A stretch of DNA of 64,000 nucleotides, from assembly GCA_043228905.1 (NCBI GenBank), contig JBHGNT010000011.1, positions 15,562,001-15,626,000 of the forward strand, given 5' to 3'. The notes under the pieces were generated by a model. It made no database searches and was not told where the DNA came from. It worked only from the letters and a program-made list of their open reading frames with translations. Below, in pieces: positions 39,999 through 52,684 of this stretch; the first letter of the stretch is position 1; the number at the start of each line of letters is the position of its first letter. The position numbers were made by a program, and so were the translations under genes. Origin of the DNA: Azolla caroliniana (lineage: Eukaryota > Plantae > Polypodiophyta).

Positions 39999-42900
39999 AT
40001 GCTATCTCAGCAGAGCTTTGTCTCCCATCAGAGCTCTTTCGCCTTCTTCTCTGCAGAACCTACCTCCTTACCCAAGCTCGCATCTGCACACTCTCCCCTC
40101 CCCTTCTCTCTTCTCTCCATCAAGAAGAGATTCCCCTCCATAAAGGCTTCCTTTTCTCCTTCGTCATCGTCATCGTCATCGTCTTCTTCTTCGTCTGACC
40201 CTTTTTCTTATTCTTCCTCTTTGCCCCCTTTTAATGGCGCTCGTATTAAGGTCATTGGAGTGGGCGGCGGTGGGAACAATGCTGTGAATCGCATGATCGG
40301 AAATGGCCTTCAGGTTTTCTTTATTTAATTTCCATTCTCTTTCACATTATGATTCTAGGGCTTATTTTATTTAGTTTTTATTTCTCAAAATAATTTAATG
40401 TTATGCTATGCCCTGTTTTCTTCTAGTTTTGCTCATTTTCTCTTCCTTCTCATGCTAATGCCAGGGTTTTAAAAAAATAAAATTTAATTTAGTTTTTTGA
40501 TTTGTTCTGATGCTTTTCTTCTTGTTTTGCTACCCTTCTCTTTTTATTCACATCAACCACAGGGTTTATTTACATTTTTCTTTCTCCAGTTTTCGTTCTG
40601 ATTTTCTAGTCTTTCCTCTCCTCACTTTCTATGTGTATTAATGCGAAGGTTTATTTTCTTGAATTTCTATTATCTTTATGCATTTCTTTGTCTGTTCTTA
40701 TTTATCCGTGTTCTGATTTCCAGTTTCTCTGGCTCTGTTTATATATTTTCCCGTTTTTTAATTTATCCCTATTTGATTTGATTTGATCTTTCTTTCTCTT
40801 CTAGGGTGTAGAATTCTGGGCCATCAACACAGACTCTCAAGCATTGCTGCAATCTTCTGCCCCTCAAAGATTGCAAATCGGGGAGCAAATCACAAGGGGA
40901 TTAGGTATGCCCGTTCCTTTTCTCAAGGTTCATTGTAATCATTCATATATCAGACGAGGTTTTATAAGCATTTTCCTACCGTGATTCCTACATTCCAATT
41001 ATGAGAACCTAACAATCTGAGTTTTTGGGTTCGAAATGGAGCATACTTTTGCTTAGTGCGATGGGTTTAGGATTTATGATTCATATATGAATCCAAACAA
41101 AGATAATAGAGAAATACCCTTAATAACTGTTGGAAGCATGGGGAAAGTGGGTTCTTTCCCACAGTTTGAAAATGTTGAATAATGGCTTAGTCATTTTTCT
41201 GACAGAGGGAACAAAGATCATATATAAACATACACAATAACTGAGGGAACAACTGAAAGGTGGGCTCTTTCCTGTATGGGCAAATATCTTATAATACCTG
41301 GTCATGTTTTGGAAATTAATATGGATTTGGGACTTGATATTATGACCTTATGAATGTATAGCAGAGTCTCTGCCGCATATAGCAATGTATATGAAGAATA
41401 AAAGCTCACACAGGTGAGGGAAACATGAGGAAAAGTGGAGGCTTGTTCGTTTATTGGAAACTTATTATTGTCTACACAAGAAGTCTTAAGACAATGTTCC
41501 CCTTAACAATTTCTTAAGGCATTGTGGATTCAAGAACTCTTAAACAATATTCTCACCGTGATTCCCCGTAGACATTCCAGATTTGAATCTAACATTATGA
41601 GGGTAAAGATGTCTTAGACAATGTTCAAACAATGCTTCTCAAAATGCCATGGATTCAGACCTAACATTACAAGACTCTTTTTGTGAGGCAGAGACATATG
41701 TAACTATAACTATGGTCAGGACCCGATATTGCACTTTTCCCACATCGTAACAATGTCAAAATTTTTTTCACACATGAGGAAAATAGTTGCAATTTTTTTT
41801 TCTTGACATGCTTTGCGAAAATTTTGTGAAGGGGGTGGGGGTACAAAACAAGGATTGAATTTTGTTTTCATATATTCAGGTACTGGGGGAAAACCTGAGC
41901 TTGGTGAATCGGCAGCTGAAGAATCAAAGGAAGCGATACAAGGAGCCGTGGCCGATGCTGAACTTGTTTTCATTACAGCTGGGATGGGTGGCGGAACTGG
42001 ATCTGGTGCTGCCCCTGTTGTTGCGAGAATGTCTAAAGAAGCTGGTAACCTCACTGTTGGGGTTGTTACATACCCCTTCAGTTTTGAAGGTCGCCGAAGG
42101 GCTGTACAGGTAGTATGGTGCTTTCTTGTTGTTTAAAATTAGTTCATGCTTATTCTATCAAAATTCATTGAACCTATATTTTTATTAAGTTTTAATTGTG
42201 ATTTACTATCAATCTCTGTTGTTTTACTGATTCTCTATTCTTTTTACTTAAAAATGCATTAAAACGTTCATTTGGCATTTAGATGCATTGAATTCAAAAT
42301 CCCAAGTAATCTTATGAAAACATATGCTCATGTTTCCATCTTTTTGTTCAGGCCTTGGAAGCCATTGAAAGGCTTCAAAAGTCAGTGGATACTCTAATTG
42401 TTATACCCAATGATAGGCTGCTGGATATTGCTCAAGAGCAGACACTGTTACAAGACGCTTTTCTTCTTGCAGATGACGTGCTACGGCAAGGTGTGCAGGG
42501 GATCTCGGACATTATCACAGTACGATGTGCTTAAATGAATGAATGAATCTAGCTTTGGATACTCTTTTGTATTGCAAATCTACAAGAACTGAATACAATA
42601 TATATTAGAATGACATGCATATTTCCTTCTATTATAGGTTCCGGGTCTTGTGAACGTGGATTTTGCAGATGTGAAGGCAGTTATGGCGAACTCAGGTACG
42701 GCAATGCTGGGGGTTGGAACGTCAACGGGTAAAAACAGAGCTGAGGAGGCAGCACAGCAGGCTGCCTCTGCGCCTTTGATTGAAAGATCGATCGAGAGGG
42801 CAACTGGTGTCGTTTACAATATAACTGGGGGCAAGGATCTAACACTCCAAGAAGTCAATAAAGTCTCTCAGGTACCAACTGAACACATACAAACACACCT

Positions 42901-43596
42901 ATATGTGTATGTGTGTATACCAAACATATATACATTCATGTATGTTTATGTGTGTATATCATATATATGTACATGCATTTACATTTATATATATAACATG
43001 TAGATGCTGTGTAAATACACATATACATACACTCTTTAAAAAATTAAAACTCTGGAGGATGGTGGAAATTTAAATCAAGTTAGAAATTTGGAGCCATCAT
43101 AAATCATCAAAACAACTTCATAAATGGTTCATTATCTAAACCTATGATCAGTCAAATAACATGACTTGAAAAGCTACAGACATGACACAACAAAAGAAAA
43201 GTTAAAAGGATTATTGCAAATGTGTTAATCTCCCAAGCTTTGATGTTTGGCCATACATTTTCATGAATATATGGTAACGTCACAAATGCTGTATTACAGA
43301 TACCTTTAAGATCCTTTCATAACTACTTATTTTTGTGAATATAGGTGGTAACAAGTTTGGCAGACCCATCAGCAAATATTATATTTGGAGCTGTTGTTGA
43401 TGAGAGATACAACGGGGAAATTCGTGTGACAATCGTTGCTACGGGATTTTCTCAAACCTTCCAAAAGAGTATAATAGATCCAAAGGCTGCAAAGCAAGAG
43501 GGAGATAAAGCTAAACCCACAGACACTAATGCAAAAGAGCCGACTACTACCGGAAAGATTTTGCAAGGATTTGCCAAAAAGGGTGGTTTTCTGTGA
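39999..43596 (+). CDS. FTSZ1: Plastid division GTPase FtsZ1 (~432 aa, 6 exons)
   Basis: Exons 39999-40313, 40805-40904, 41880-42109, 42352-42519, 42638-42871, 43345-43596. Ser-rich transit peptide, [65 protein letters not shown] and absence of the FtsZ2 C-terminal core peptide indicate FtsZ1. Confidence 0.95.
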
Positions 43597-45097
43597 AGTT
43601 GTATTGCGTGTTTGTTTGTTTGTTGATCTTGAGTTCAAGTCAAAAGGTGAATGTTTTGCCCATCTCGTTGGAACTCATGAACTTCAACCATGGTGGGGTT
43701 TTGACAATTGCGAAGATCCACGCGGAGAGAAAGATATTAAGTACCCTCGGTCCATCATGTATGATGCCTGGCAAAGCATCTGATTTTTATAGCCAACCTC
43801 GAAGCATTTCCTACTTATTGCATTATCTTGTGAGGGTTTGGATTGTTTTTGAGACAATTGGCTTAAATTTGCATCATACTTGTGCAAAAAGTTATGTAAA
43901 CTTGGAAGAAGACTATGAATTTACATGGAACCATAGAAACAATAAGATTTTCTGCTCTTCTGATATTTCATAGGAAGGCTGATTGATTAAACCTTGCATT
44001 CTAACAAATTTTTTCTTTGAAATATTGATAGACAGGTGTTCCTTGAGCTTGCTCGAGAAACAATACTATTAATGGTACGAGGAAAGGCAGAAATATTGAT
44101 AGACAGATGTTCCTTGACCTCACTCGAAAAACTATACTAATGTTACGAGGAAGGCACACATAAATGAAAGAACTTTGAGAGTATTGTTAAATGACTGTCA
44201 TTCTTATGATAATTTATGAAGATATAATCTCCATTTCGAACGAGTAGTTTTCTTCTCCTCTTCTGTTATCAACATTTATAAATTTCATACTCAGCATGAT
44301 GATCGATCAAATGATTGATGTGAGTCATGATCATAGGGCATGCATTACTTTGACCATTGCTGTTGGACACAGTAAAACACATTAATTTGAGCTTCATTCT
44401 CATGTAGTCTCATGCTTGGTGATTGTCACAATTCAAATTGCATCTGATAGTGACCTGCAAAGCTCCCAAGAGTTCCCATGTAAAGGTGGCCTCATCTGCT
44501 TTCATTACAAAAAATTCATTCTGAATATTTGAAGAGCCAGATATATATATCGGGCTGGAAGGGTTTGCTCACTAATAGTATACATGCTACACTATACCAA
44601 CTACTGTATTCTACTGGGAGCTCATTACACTAGGACTTCAATAATACTTCCAAATGCTCACACTTCTTCCCTTTGTCAATGTCTGCATGCATTATATTCA
44701 ATCTCATTCAAACCGTGAATGAGGTTCATTATACCTGTTGGTCTTTAATGCAAGTGTTTGCTGGGAAAATTACTAGTGTACACCATTATATCTATTTGAA
44801 TGATGACAGGATCACTGCATCCGTTTCTGCAAATCTCACCAAATACCAAATGAGCAGAATGAAGTGGCAAAATTGATATTTGAACCAATATAAATAAGCC
44901 GAAAAGTAATGAGCTGCCGAATCTACATTATAGAGCAGGATGAATCCATAAAATGTGCGAATAACCAGAGAGCTGATATTGGTAGAGCCAGCTTCAGCTT
45001 GTTAACAGTTTTTGGTTCCAGGGAATTCCACATAAAAATTTGGATGAGGGCTAGTTTTGTAATTTGTAAAAACCAGAGAGGGAGGTACTATTGGTGA

Positions 45098-45144
<47 letters not shown>

Positions 45145-45266
45145 ATCTTCAGCCACAATTTTTAAAAGCCCCAGAAAAACAGAAACCGAAGAATAAGGAG
45201 AGGACTCGAGATTTTTCACATTATTAGGGTGTCTCAGAGTCCCCTTCACTGGATCAGTTCGAAGCC

Positions 45267-46832
45267 ATGGCTTTGCAAGTCACTTTCAGGGCTTCAGCAT
45301 ACCCCATGGCTTCTTCTTCTTCTTCTTCTTCTTCTCGTTTTCCTTGTTTAAATATTCCGATGAAAAAGAAGGATCGCAGGATCAATGCCATTTCTTCATC
45401 TTTCCCCACGTCTTCTTCCTCATCATCTTATTTGTACGAAGAATCGCGTCATCATAATCATGATGGAAGCAAGAGATCTGATCGTCGGATCACCATCCCC
45501 AAAGCAGTGGAACAGGTGGATTCCGATACAGCAAAATCAGGGGGTGTGGTGGAGGTCACACAAGAGACATTCTGGACTGTTGTTGAGGCAGCTGCAGACA
45601 GACTCGTCGTCTTGGATATGTACACTCAATGGTAAAGAGTAGATATTTCGTTCTTTTCCACTTTTCTCCACGTGTTCTCTGTCTGAGAAATAGGTAGATA
45701 TATAATTAACGTCCACTGGAGAATGAACACGATTGAACTGCATATGATGGGATGGAGCCAATTGCGGGGATCAACCTTGGATTCTCTAAATTTAATGACT
45801 TTGATTGTTTGTTGTAAATTACCAAGCTCAGACTGTTGTTTCTCTCAGTTAGAAAGGTTGCCTGGAGAGGAGATCAGAAGGTAATCTGTTCAGCACCCAT
45901 ATACCAGGGAGAGGTCATCTTCATCCTTATCATCATGGAAGCAATATATCTGGTGGAGATCAGAATTTAATCTGTTCAATGCCTATATACCAGGGAGAGG
46001 GGTCATCTTCATCCTTATCATCATGGAAGCATTAGATTTGGTGGAGGTGACACAAGAGACCTTCTGGATTGTTGTCGAGGTCGTGGCAGACAGATCTGTT
46101 GTCTTGGATATGCACACTCAATGGTTAAGAGTAGATACTTTGTTTCTCTCTCTTCATGTGTCTCTGTTAGAGAGATAGATAAATACATTAAATTCCTACG
46201 ACGAGAGGCTGAATATGATCAATCAGTGTGTGGGTTTGAGCCCATTGCGAGGATAATTCGATGCTATGGCGTAAAGCACCAAACCTGTGTGGGGAATGAT
46301 TGTGTTGCAAACAGAACTTAGTATAGGATAGAAGTTTGATTAAGTCATTGCGTTATGCCGTGGTTACATTGTATCAGAAAAAATGATCATTGCATAACAT
46401 GAAATAATATCAATTCTACATCACATACGTTCAAGAGAGTGGGGGTCATTTCTCTTCTTGTTTCCTGAAACAGGTGTGGGCCGTGTAAGCTAATGTATCC
46501 TAAGGTGGTAGAGTTATCAGTGCAGCATTCCGATATTTTGTTTCTAAAGCTTGATTGCAATCAAGAGAATAAGGTTAGCTGTGTTTCTTGAACTTTTTTA
46601 CATTCTTTTAAGGTGAAAATGTTCCGAAAAAACTTGTATCTCTTTTGTGTTCATTTCTGGCCTTTTTCATTCTATTGGTGGCTTTTTCAAGGCATTGGCA
46701 AAAAGTCTGGGAGTTAAAACCGTTCCAACATTCAAATTATTCAAGAACAGGAAAGAGATCGCAGAAGTGAAAGGTGCAAAGTTTGATGAACTTGTTCAGA
46801 AAATTCAACTAGCAAAAACGGGCAATCTGTAG
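45267..46832 (+). CDS. TRXF: Chloroplast thioredoxin f (~201 aa, 3 exons)
   Basis: Exons 45267-45631, 46474-46573, 46692-46832. VVLDMYTQW|CGPCK active site, FLKLDCNQENK (f-type third Cys), LGVKTVPTFK, transit peptide. Confidence 0.95.
46039..46195 (+). repeat. Intronic duplicate of the Trx f exon-1 3' end plus donor site
   Basis: Copy of ~45547-45710; translates VEVTQETFWIVVEVVADRSVVLDMHTQW and is followed by GTTAAG. Confidence 0.85.
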
Positions 46833-48448
46833 AACATGAACATATATGCATTACATATATATCTACATAATCTAACCTTTTCCAAGCTATTGTACATGTT
46901 TTACTGAGATTTACACTCAAATGTTGAGGTAACTCTGGCCCTATGCGTGTTTGCTTACCCAATATGTATTTGTGTAGATGCCTCAATTTCACATTCAAAA
47001 TTGGGTTCATGTAAATCCTGTATCATGTCATTTCACTGCCTTCTTTCTTGCCAATGTAAAGAATATATTGATACTATACATAGTGATGATCATATTGATT
47101 CAATCAGTGTCTCATATTGATGAGTGTGATTTATACAATGTAATCTCTTCAAGGGACATGTGATTACTTTATTACTTTGGGGATTGGGTGTGGATATATA
47201 TCCTTCTTTTTGGATTATATCAAAGTCAAAACATGTAGAAATTTGTATTTTATGTTAATGAAATGATGAAGTTTTCAACATATAAGAACTCTGTGTATCT
47301 TCTTGAAACAGCTAAGAATAAAGTAGCATAATGGGTTCAACACTTGAATGGTTTATTTTACAATATACACGACTCCTAAATCTTCAGAACATGAAGGATA
47401 ATGTGCTAATTAATGATTTGTTTCACAATGGAAGTAGTGGAAGAACGAACTTAATTGGATGAACAAGAGGCATCCTCTGCACTGTTCGATACTAGGTGAA
47501 TGTTACTCATATACGCATACAAGATTGTCTTCATCTTTTTAAAGGATTGAAATGGATAACATCTGAGAGGAATATGCTTAGACAACATTTCAATGTAGTT
47601 TGGTTCAGATGTTAAGTAGACTTGATATGCTTAGACTACATTTTAATGTAGTTTCATTTAGATGTAAGTAGACTTGAGCGTTTTTATGTTGGAATGAAAT
47701 TTAGAGAAACTAAGGAGTAAATCTGAAAAGCAATTATTGAGACAGACAACCTGCAACCCAGTGATACACCTCATTATATTGATTGGTGTTTCATTTTCAA
47801 ACTAGAATTGAACAAACAAGAGCTTCAAGATATTGCTGCTATTCATGCAGTTTTCCATTCCTTTATGCTGAGAGAGATCAAAGGTGCGCATAAGTCATGC
47901 CATTTGTAACAAACTTTGAACTAGTAGTAATCGAATTCATTGACACCTTTATCTCAATTAACATACCCACGTTTGTTAATAGAAAACATGTGTATTTCTC
48001 CTCAACAACATTCCACACCATTTTGTTCTTTGTTTTTCCATTTGTCAAGTTTTTTAAATAATCCATCATACATACATTACATGGACACAGAATGGATGTA
48101 ACTTAGAATAGAGAAGCTGGTTTATGAGCCCCCCCCCCCCATTCATTTGGCATTTGTAGAAGGCGGCCAATGCCCGGAAAAATTGCGCAGAAGGAATGAT
48201 AGAAAGGAATCAATCCATGAGATGGAGAAGAGAAAGGGATCGTCGGTCCGGCCACCGAGAATAAGTGGACCTAAACTCTTTTGCTCCTACTTAGCCCCCC
48301 ACAAAAAAAATAAGTCTTTAACACAAAAAGAAAGAACATCATCATAAAAAAGGCTTGGCTTATCTCAAATGAGAGAGATATCTCTGTTGGCCTGTGAATG
48401 AAGAAATATCTTCACTATTTGGACTGTGGAGCATAGAGAGAGCAAGCC

Positions 48449-50545
48449 ATGTCTGGACTGAGCTCTCTTTCTCCTCCTCCTTCTCTTTCTCTCTCTTTCC
48501 AACCCATCATCAGAAAGCTACCTCAGACTCTCCCAATACACTCTTCTCTCAGAGTAAGTGATTCTTTCCATTTTTATTACCTCTCTCGCTCTCCTGTTCT
48601 TTGGTCACCTGAAAGCTTAACCAAAAAGAGAAACAAATCAAGAAATCCTTAGCAAAATTTTAGCAAAAAAACAAAAAACAAATTCTCTTATGAAATATTT
48701 GTAAGCAACGATAAAAATAGCAATTTTATTTTTTTGTTGGGATTACTAAATCATGAAGTTTCTTTTGTGATTATTTCAAGCAAAATTTTCCAAAATGCTT
48801 CAACCAAAATGTCTCATTTGTAAGAAAACGTTTTCCTTGAACATTGCAAATCATAAGATTTTCCTTTAAAAATGCAAGTGAAAACATTTTCTCGTGAAAT
48901 TGTATCTCAATCTCCTGTGAAATTTGTTCTGGTGAAATTGGATCAAAATCACTTGAGCGGAACAATTTAAGTAAAAAGGAAGAAAAAGTAAAAAGGAATG
49001 AAATATTAGAATCTCTTGACGAACAGGATGCACAGGAGCTAGTTGGGATGAGGGTGATAAGGCCAGTTTCCCCTTCTGAAGCGAATAAGGTTATATTGAA
49101 AGAAGGTTATAAGTTGCTTGACGTGAGGCCGGCGTGGGAATGGGAAAGAGCTTCTGTCTCTGGATCTTATCATATTCCTCTCTTTATTGAAGATGAAGAC
49201 CCAAGCTATCTGACCCTCTTCAAGAAAAGCATTCAAATGGGATATGGTGGACTTTGGATGGGTCAGAGACTAACTGCAAAGAATAAAGAGTTCTTTGAAG
49301 AGGTTCGATCCAAATTCCCCCGGAAGGACCAAAAGCTTCTTGTTGCTTGTGGAGAAGGATTAAGGTTTGTGTGGCTTGAAGACCAAAATCAGGTTATATT
49401 GATTGTTGTGATTACATATGTTTGTCCTTCTTCATGTTTAAGGGTTGTTTATTGAGTGAGATGTTTGATCTTTGTCTTGTGTATTAGCATTTTTGTGTGT
49501 CTTTTTTCTTGTTTGATTGAAGAATGATTAAGTGTGTGCATTATTGATAAAACGTTTGTTGCAGTTTTTTTGTACTGAGTGAAATGTTTGACCTTTGTCT
49601 TGATGTTCTGTTTGCCCCATCAAGTTTGTATTTTTTCGGTTTTTTCCTTGTTTTTTGCTTGATCGAAGGAGTGTGTATATTGTCGACAAAAAGCTTTTTG
49701 CAGGTAATGAAGGATTATGGTGTGTATTGAATGAGATATTGGGTACAAGTTTTTTGTCTCTTTGAAGTCGATTTTTGCTTTGTTTCAGTCAAGGATTCTC
49801 ACTGTTTTTGCTGAGATATTGATCTTGTTCCCAATATTTTGCATTTCAAATTTGCTTTTTGCTTCTCCGTTTTCATTGGAGAATGATACATTTGTACGTC
49901 AAGATATTTTCATGATGTTTCCCCTTAGATTTGTTTGATTGAACAAGGATTAAAGTGTCTTGAGATATTTGATGTTGCCATGAGGTTTCCTATTTGCTCA
50001 TCTTTTAAATTTGTTTGCTTAATTGAAGAAGGATTAAGGTGTGTATTGAAATATTGATCTTGTCGTGGTGTTTTCCCTTTCCGGTTGGTGTTTTGCTTTT
50101 GCCTTTTCGATTTGTGCACTTTGACTAAATAAATGATTAAGGTGCTTGTCGAGATATTGATCTACTATGTTTCCCCCCATGATATTCCTCTTTTTAAATT
50201 AGTTTTTTTGATAGCTTGATTGAAGAAGGATCAGTCCATTTCCATGTTGTCACATTGATTTAGCCTTATCCTTTTTTTCTTGCTTAAGCTTGAACTCTTC
50301 TATTTGCTAGATCGTTGTTGGCCCTTGATGAGCTACACAATGAAGGGTACACAAACCTTGCATGGATAGATGGTGGCTTCTCCAAGTCCCGATCCGATCA
50401 CTTCCCTGATGTCCAAGGTCCAAGTATGCTTCAATTTGCAAACATAGGTGGAGTTGCTGAATACCTTGTGAAGTTTTTGCTCTTTGGTCAACGTGTGATT
50501 GGTTCGATGTCAAAAGCAAAGGCTATAGAAGATAAGAATTTGTGA
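48449..50545 (+). CDS. Chloroplast rhodanese-like (sulfurtransferase) protein, STR10-like (~225 aa, 3 exons)
   Basis: Exons 48449-48553, 49027-49364, 50311-50545. EGYKLLDVRPAWE, HIPLF.ED, GY.GLW.GQR, LLVACGEGLRS, LAWIDGGF. Confidence 0.88.
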
Positions 50546-52188
50546 TAAAATAGATCTAGAAGTTGAGAGTGTATGTTTGGAGGTTGGGGCCTACAACCAT
50601 TGAGATGTGGATTATTGTGTCTCCCATGTATGATATATATTGTATGACTAGGAAGTTGTATTAGTGCTCTACTGGTCATCATCCGTAGTGTATTAAAGCA
50701 TGAGTGATGTGTCATGTCATGAATGTCCCAAGTTGATCATCTTGAGATAGTCAATGTTACGGTGTTGATTACTCATTACTCCAATCTCTCACAATTCTGT
50801 TGTCAACAATAGAAAAACAAACTTGAAGGATCCTTAACCTGAATGTCCAAACTTGACTGTTCAGATAATGTCATTGTGTTTTTTATGCTCCATGTAGTTC
50901 ATGGTAACCTTGGCTTATAGTCACCCTACTTGGGCATAGAAAAAAACATTCATAAAAGACATTTGTGTTGGACATGTAAAATAGCGTGATTATAAATTAA
51001 GGATATCTACCATTGTACTAATGTTCGACAACTCATGGTAACCTTGACTTATAGTCATGAATTTAATGTTCTTTCTTGCACTAATTGATTTTGAGTACAT
51101 TTTATGCATAATATCTTAATTACCAAGACATGAATATGTACCTATGCATGAATGGATAATCCGTCTAGTTTGACAAGATTGCTATAAATTACATCATAGA
51201 ACCAGATGATTACACATCTAATTCCATAACAAATCTAAATAGCCCTGAATTATGTTCTTCATAAGCACTTCACCTTGTTGGAATAAATTTCCTAGATCCT
51301 AAATTTTGAAATGGTTTCTTGAAATTTTAAATTTGATCTTCATTACTTTATTACTTGTTTGAAACTTTTTAAGCCCAAAATTCAGACGTGTTGCATTAAT
51401 AATCGTTCCATTAGAATAAAGATCTATTGGTTCTAACATTGAAATCATCAAAGAGAAATATTAACAGAAACATTTTCATACTATTACTTATGGAGGGAGG
51501 TCGTGATCTGCAATTGAGTGTAGAACATCAGTAGCTTTTGATTTGCAAACCCAAAAAATGGTTTTAATCAATTACTTTTTTGCCGACATGTCATTATTGT
51601 CGAAGTAAAAACACAAATGTCCAATACTACCTTCAGAATCCGCTGAGGCAATGTGCAACAACAGATTGAAAGGAAAAATAAGAAAACAAATCCAAATCAG
51701 AAGTACATGAATTTTATTATCATTCTCACATAACATATGCCTTTTTTGGGGGGGAGGGGGAAGGGAAAATAGATATATTATTAATGTCCATAGGAGACCA
51801 AATATGATCTTTGGAACAGGCTGGAGACGCTGATGATGATTGAACTTGGATTCACTCAAATTTATAACTTTGATTCTACAGTATAAGTCACCTAGAGAGA
51901 GAGAGAGAGTGAGAGATACAAAATGTTTAGGTTTGGTTATTAGATGAAGCAGATAACTAAAGCAATTTGCTAGACAAATATAGTGAGAACTTACATTTAC
52001 CAAAGAGAAGTCCCATTTCAATGAGTGGTGATTTTGACTAGATGCTACATAGTATGAAGATCCCTCTACTTCTTTCATCAATGCCATGGGTTCACGTGGT
52101 AGATCTAAGCAAGAGAGATATGATTATCTCGAACAAAGAACTACCCACCTTTTAATGTTATCAAAATTTAGATGCTTGCAAAACCTCT

Positions 52189-52647
52189 TCAATTATGTCC
52201 AATAAACGAAACAAAAATACTCCACGCAACACCCATCAAGCTTGTTGCAGCTACCTGTGTTTTTATACCAATGATAATAAAGGCATTATAAAATTGCAGA
52301 AGTTGAAAAATCATTGTTTGCAAGTAAACAATGAAAATATGTTATCATCTAAAACAAAGATATTACCTGGAGTTGTGAAGGTACTAATCCAAAATTAATC
52401 AACTGGAATGGGATCCACAGTTTCCAATTTGCAATCACCAGAGGAAGCCAATCCTATTATTAACGCAAATACAGGGGCTTTTGAGGCAAAAGTATAGGGG
52501 GAAGATTTTTGAAAATAACTATTATTATTATTTATGAACCTTCTCGAGCTTTGGCACAATTTCGTGTTGCCGGCCTTCCAGAATACATAATGCGACAAAC
52601 ACACATCCCAAAGCTATAGGAGTGAAAACAATCTGAAAATAAAGGAA

Positions 52648-52684
<37 letters not shown>

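Noticed and set aside
41738-41748. TCCCACATCG, resembling the plant snRNA USE element
   Set aside because: Lies in a FtsZ1 intron with no correctly spaced TATA box or snRNA body.
43593-43973. 126-aa ORF right after the FtsZ1 stop
   Set aside because: Non-ATG start, lies in the 3' UTR, no recognisable motif.
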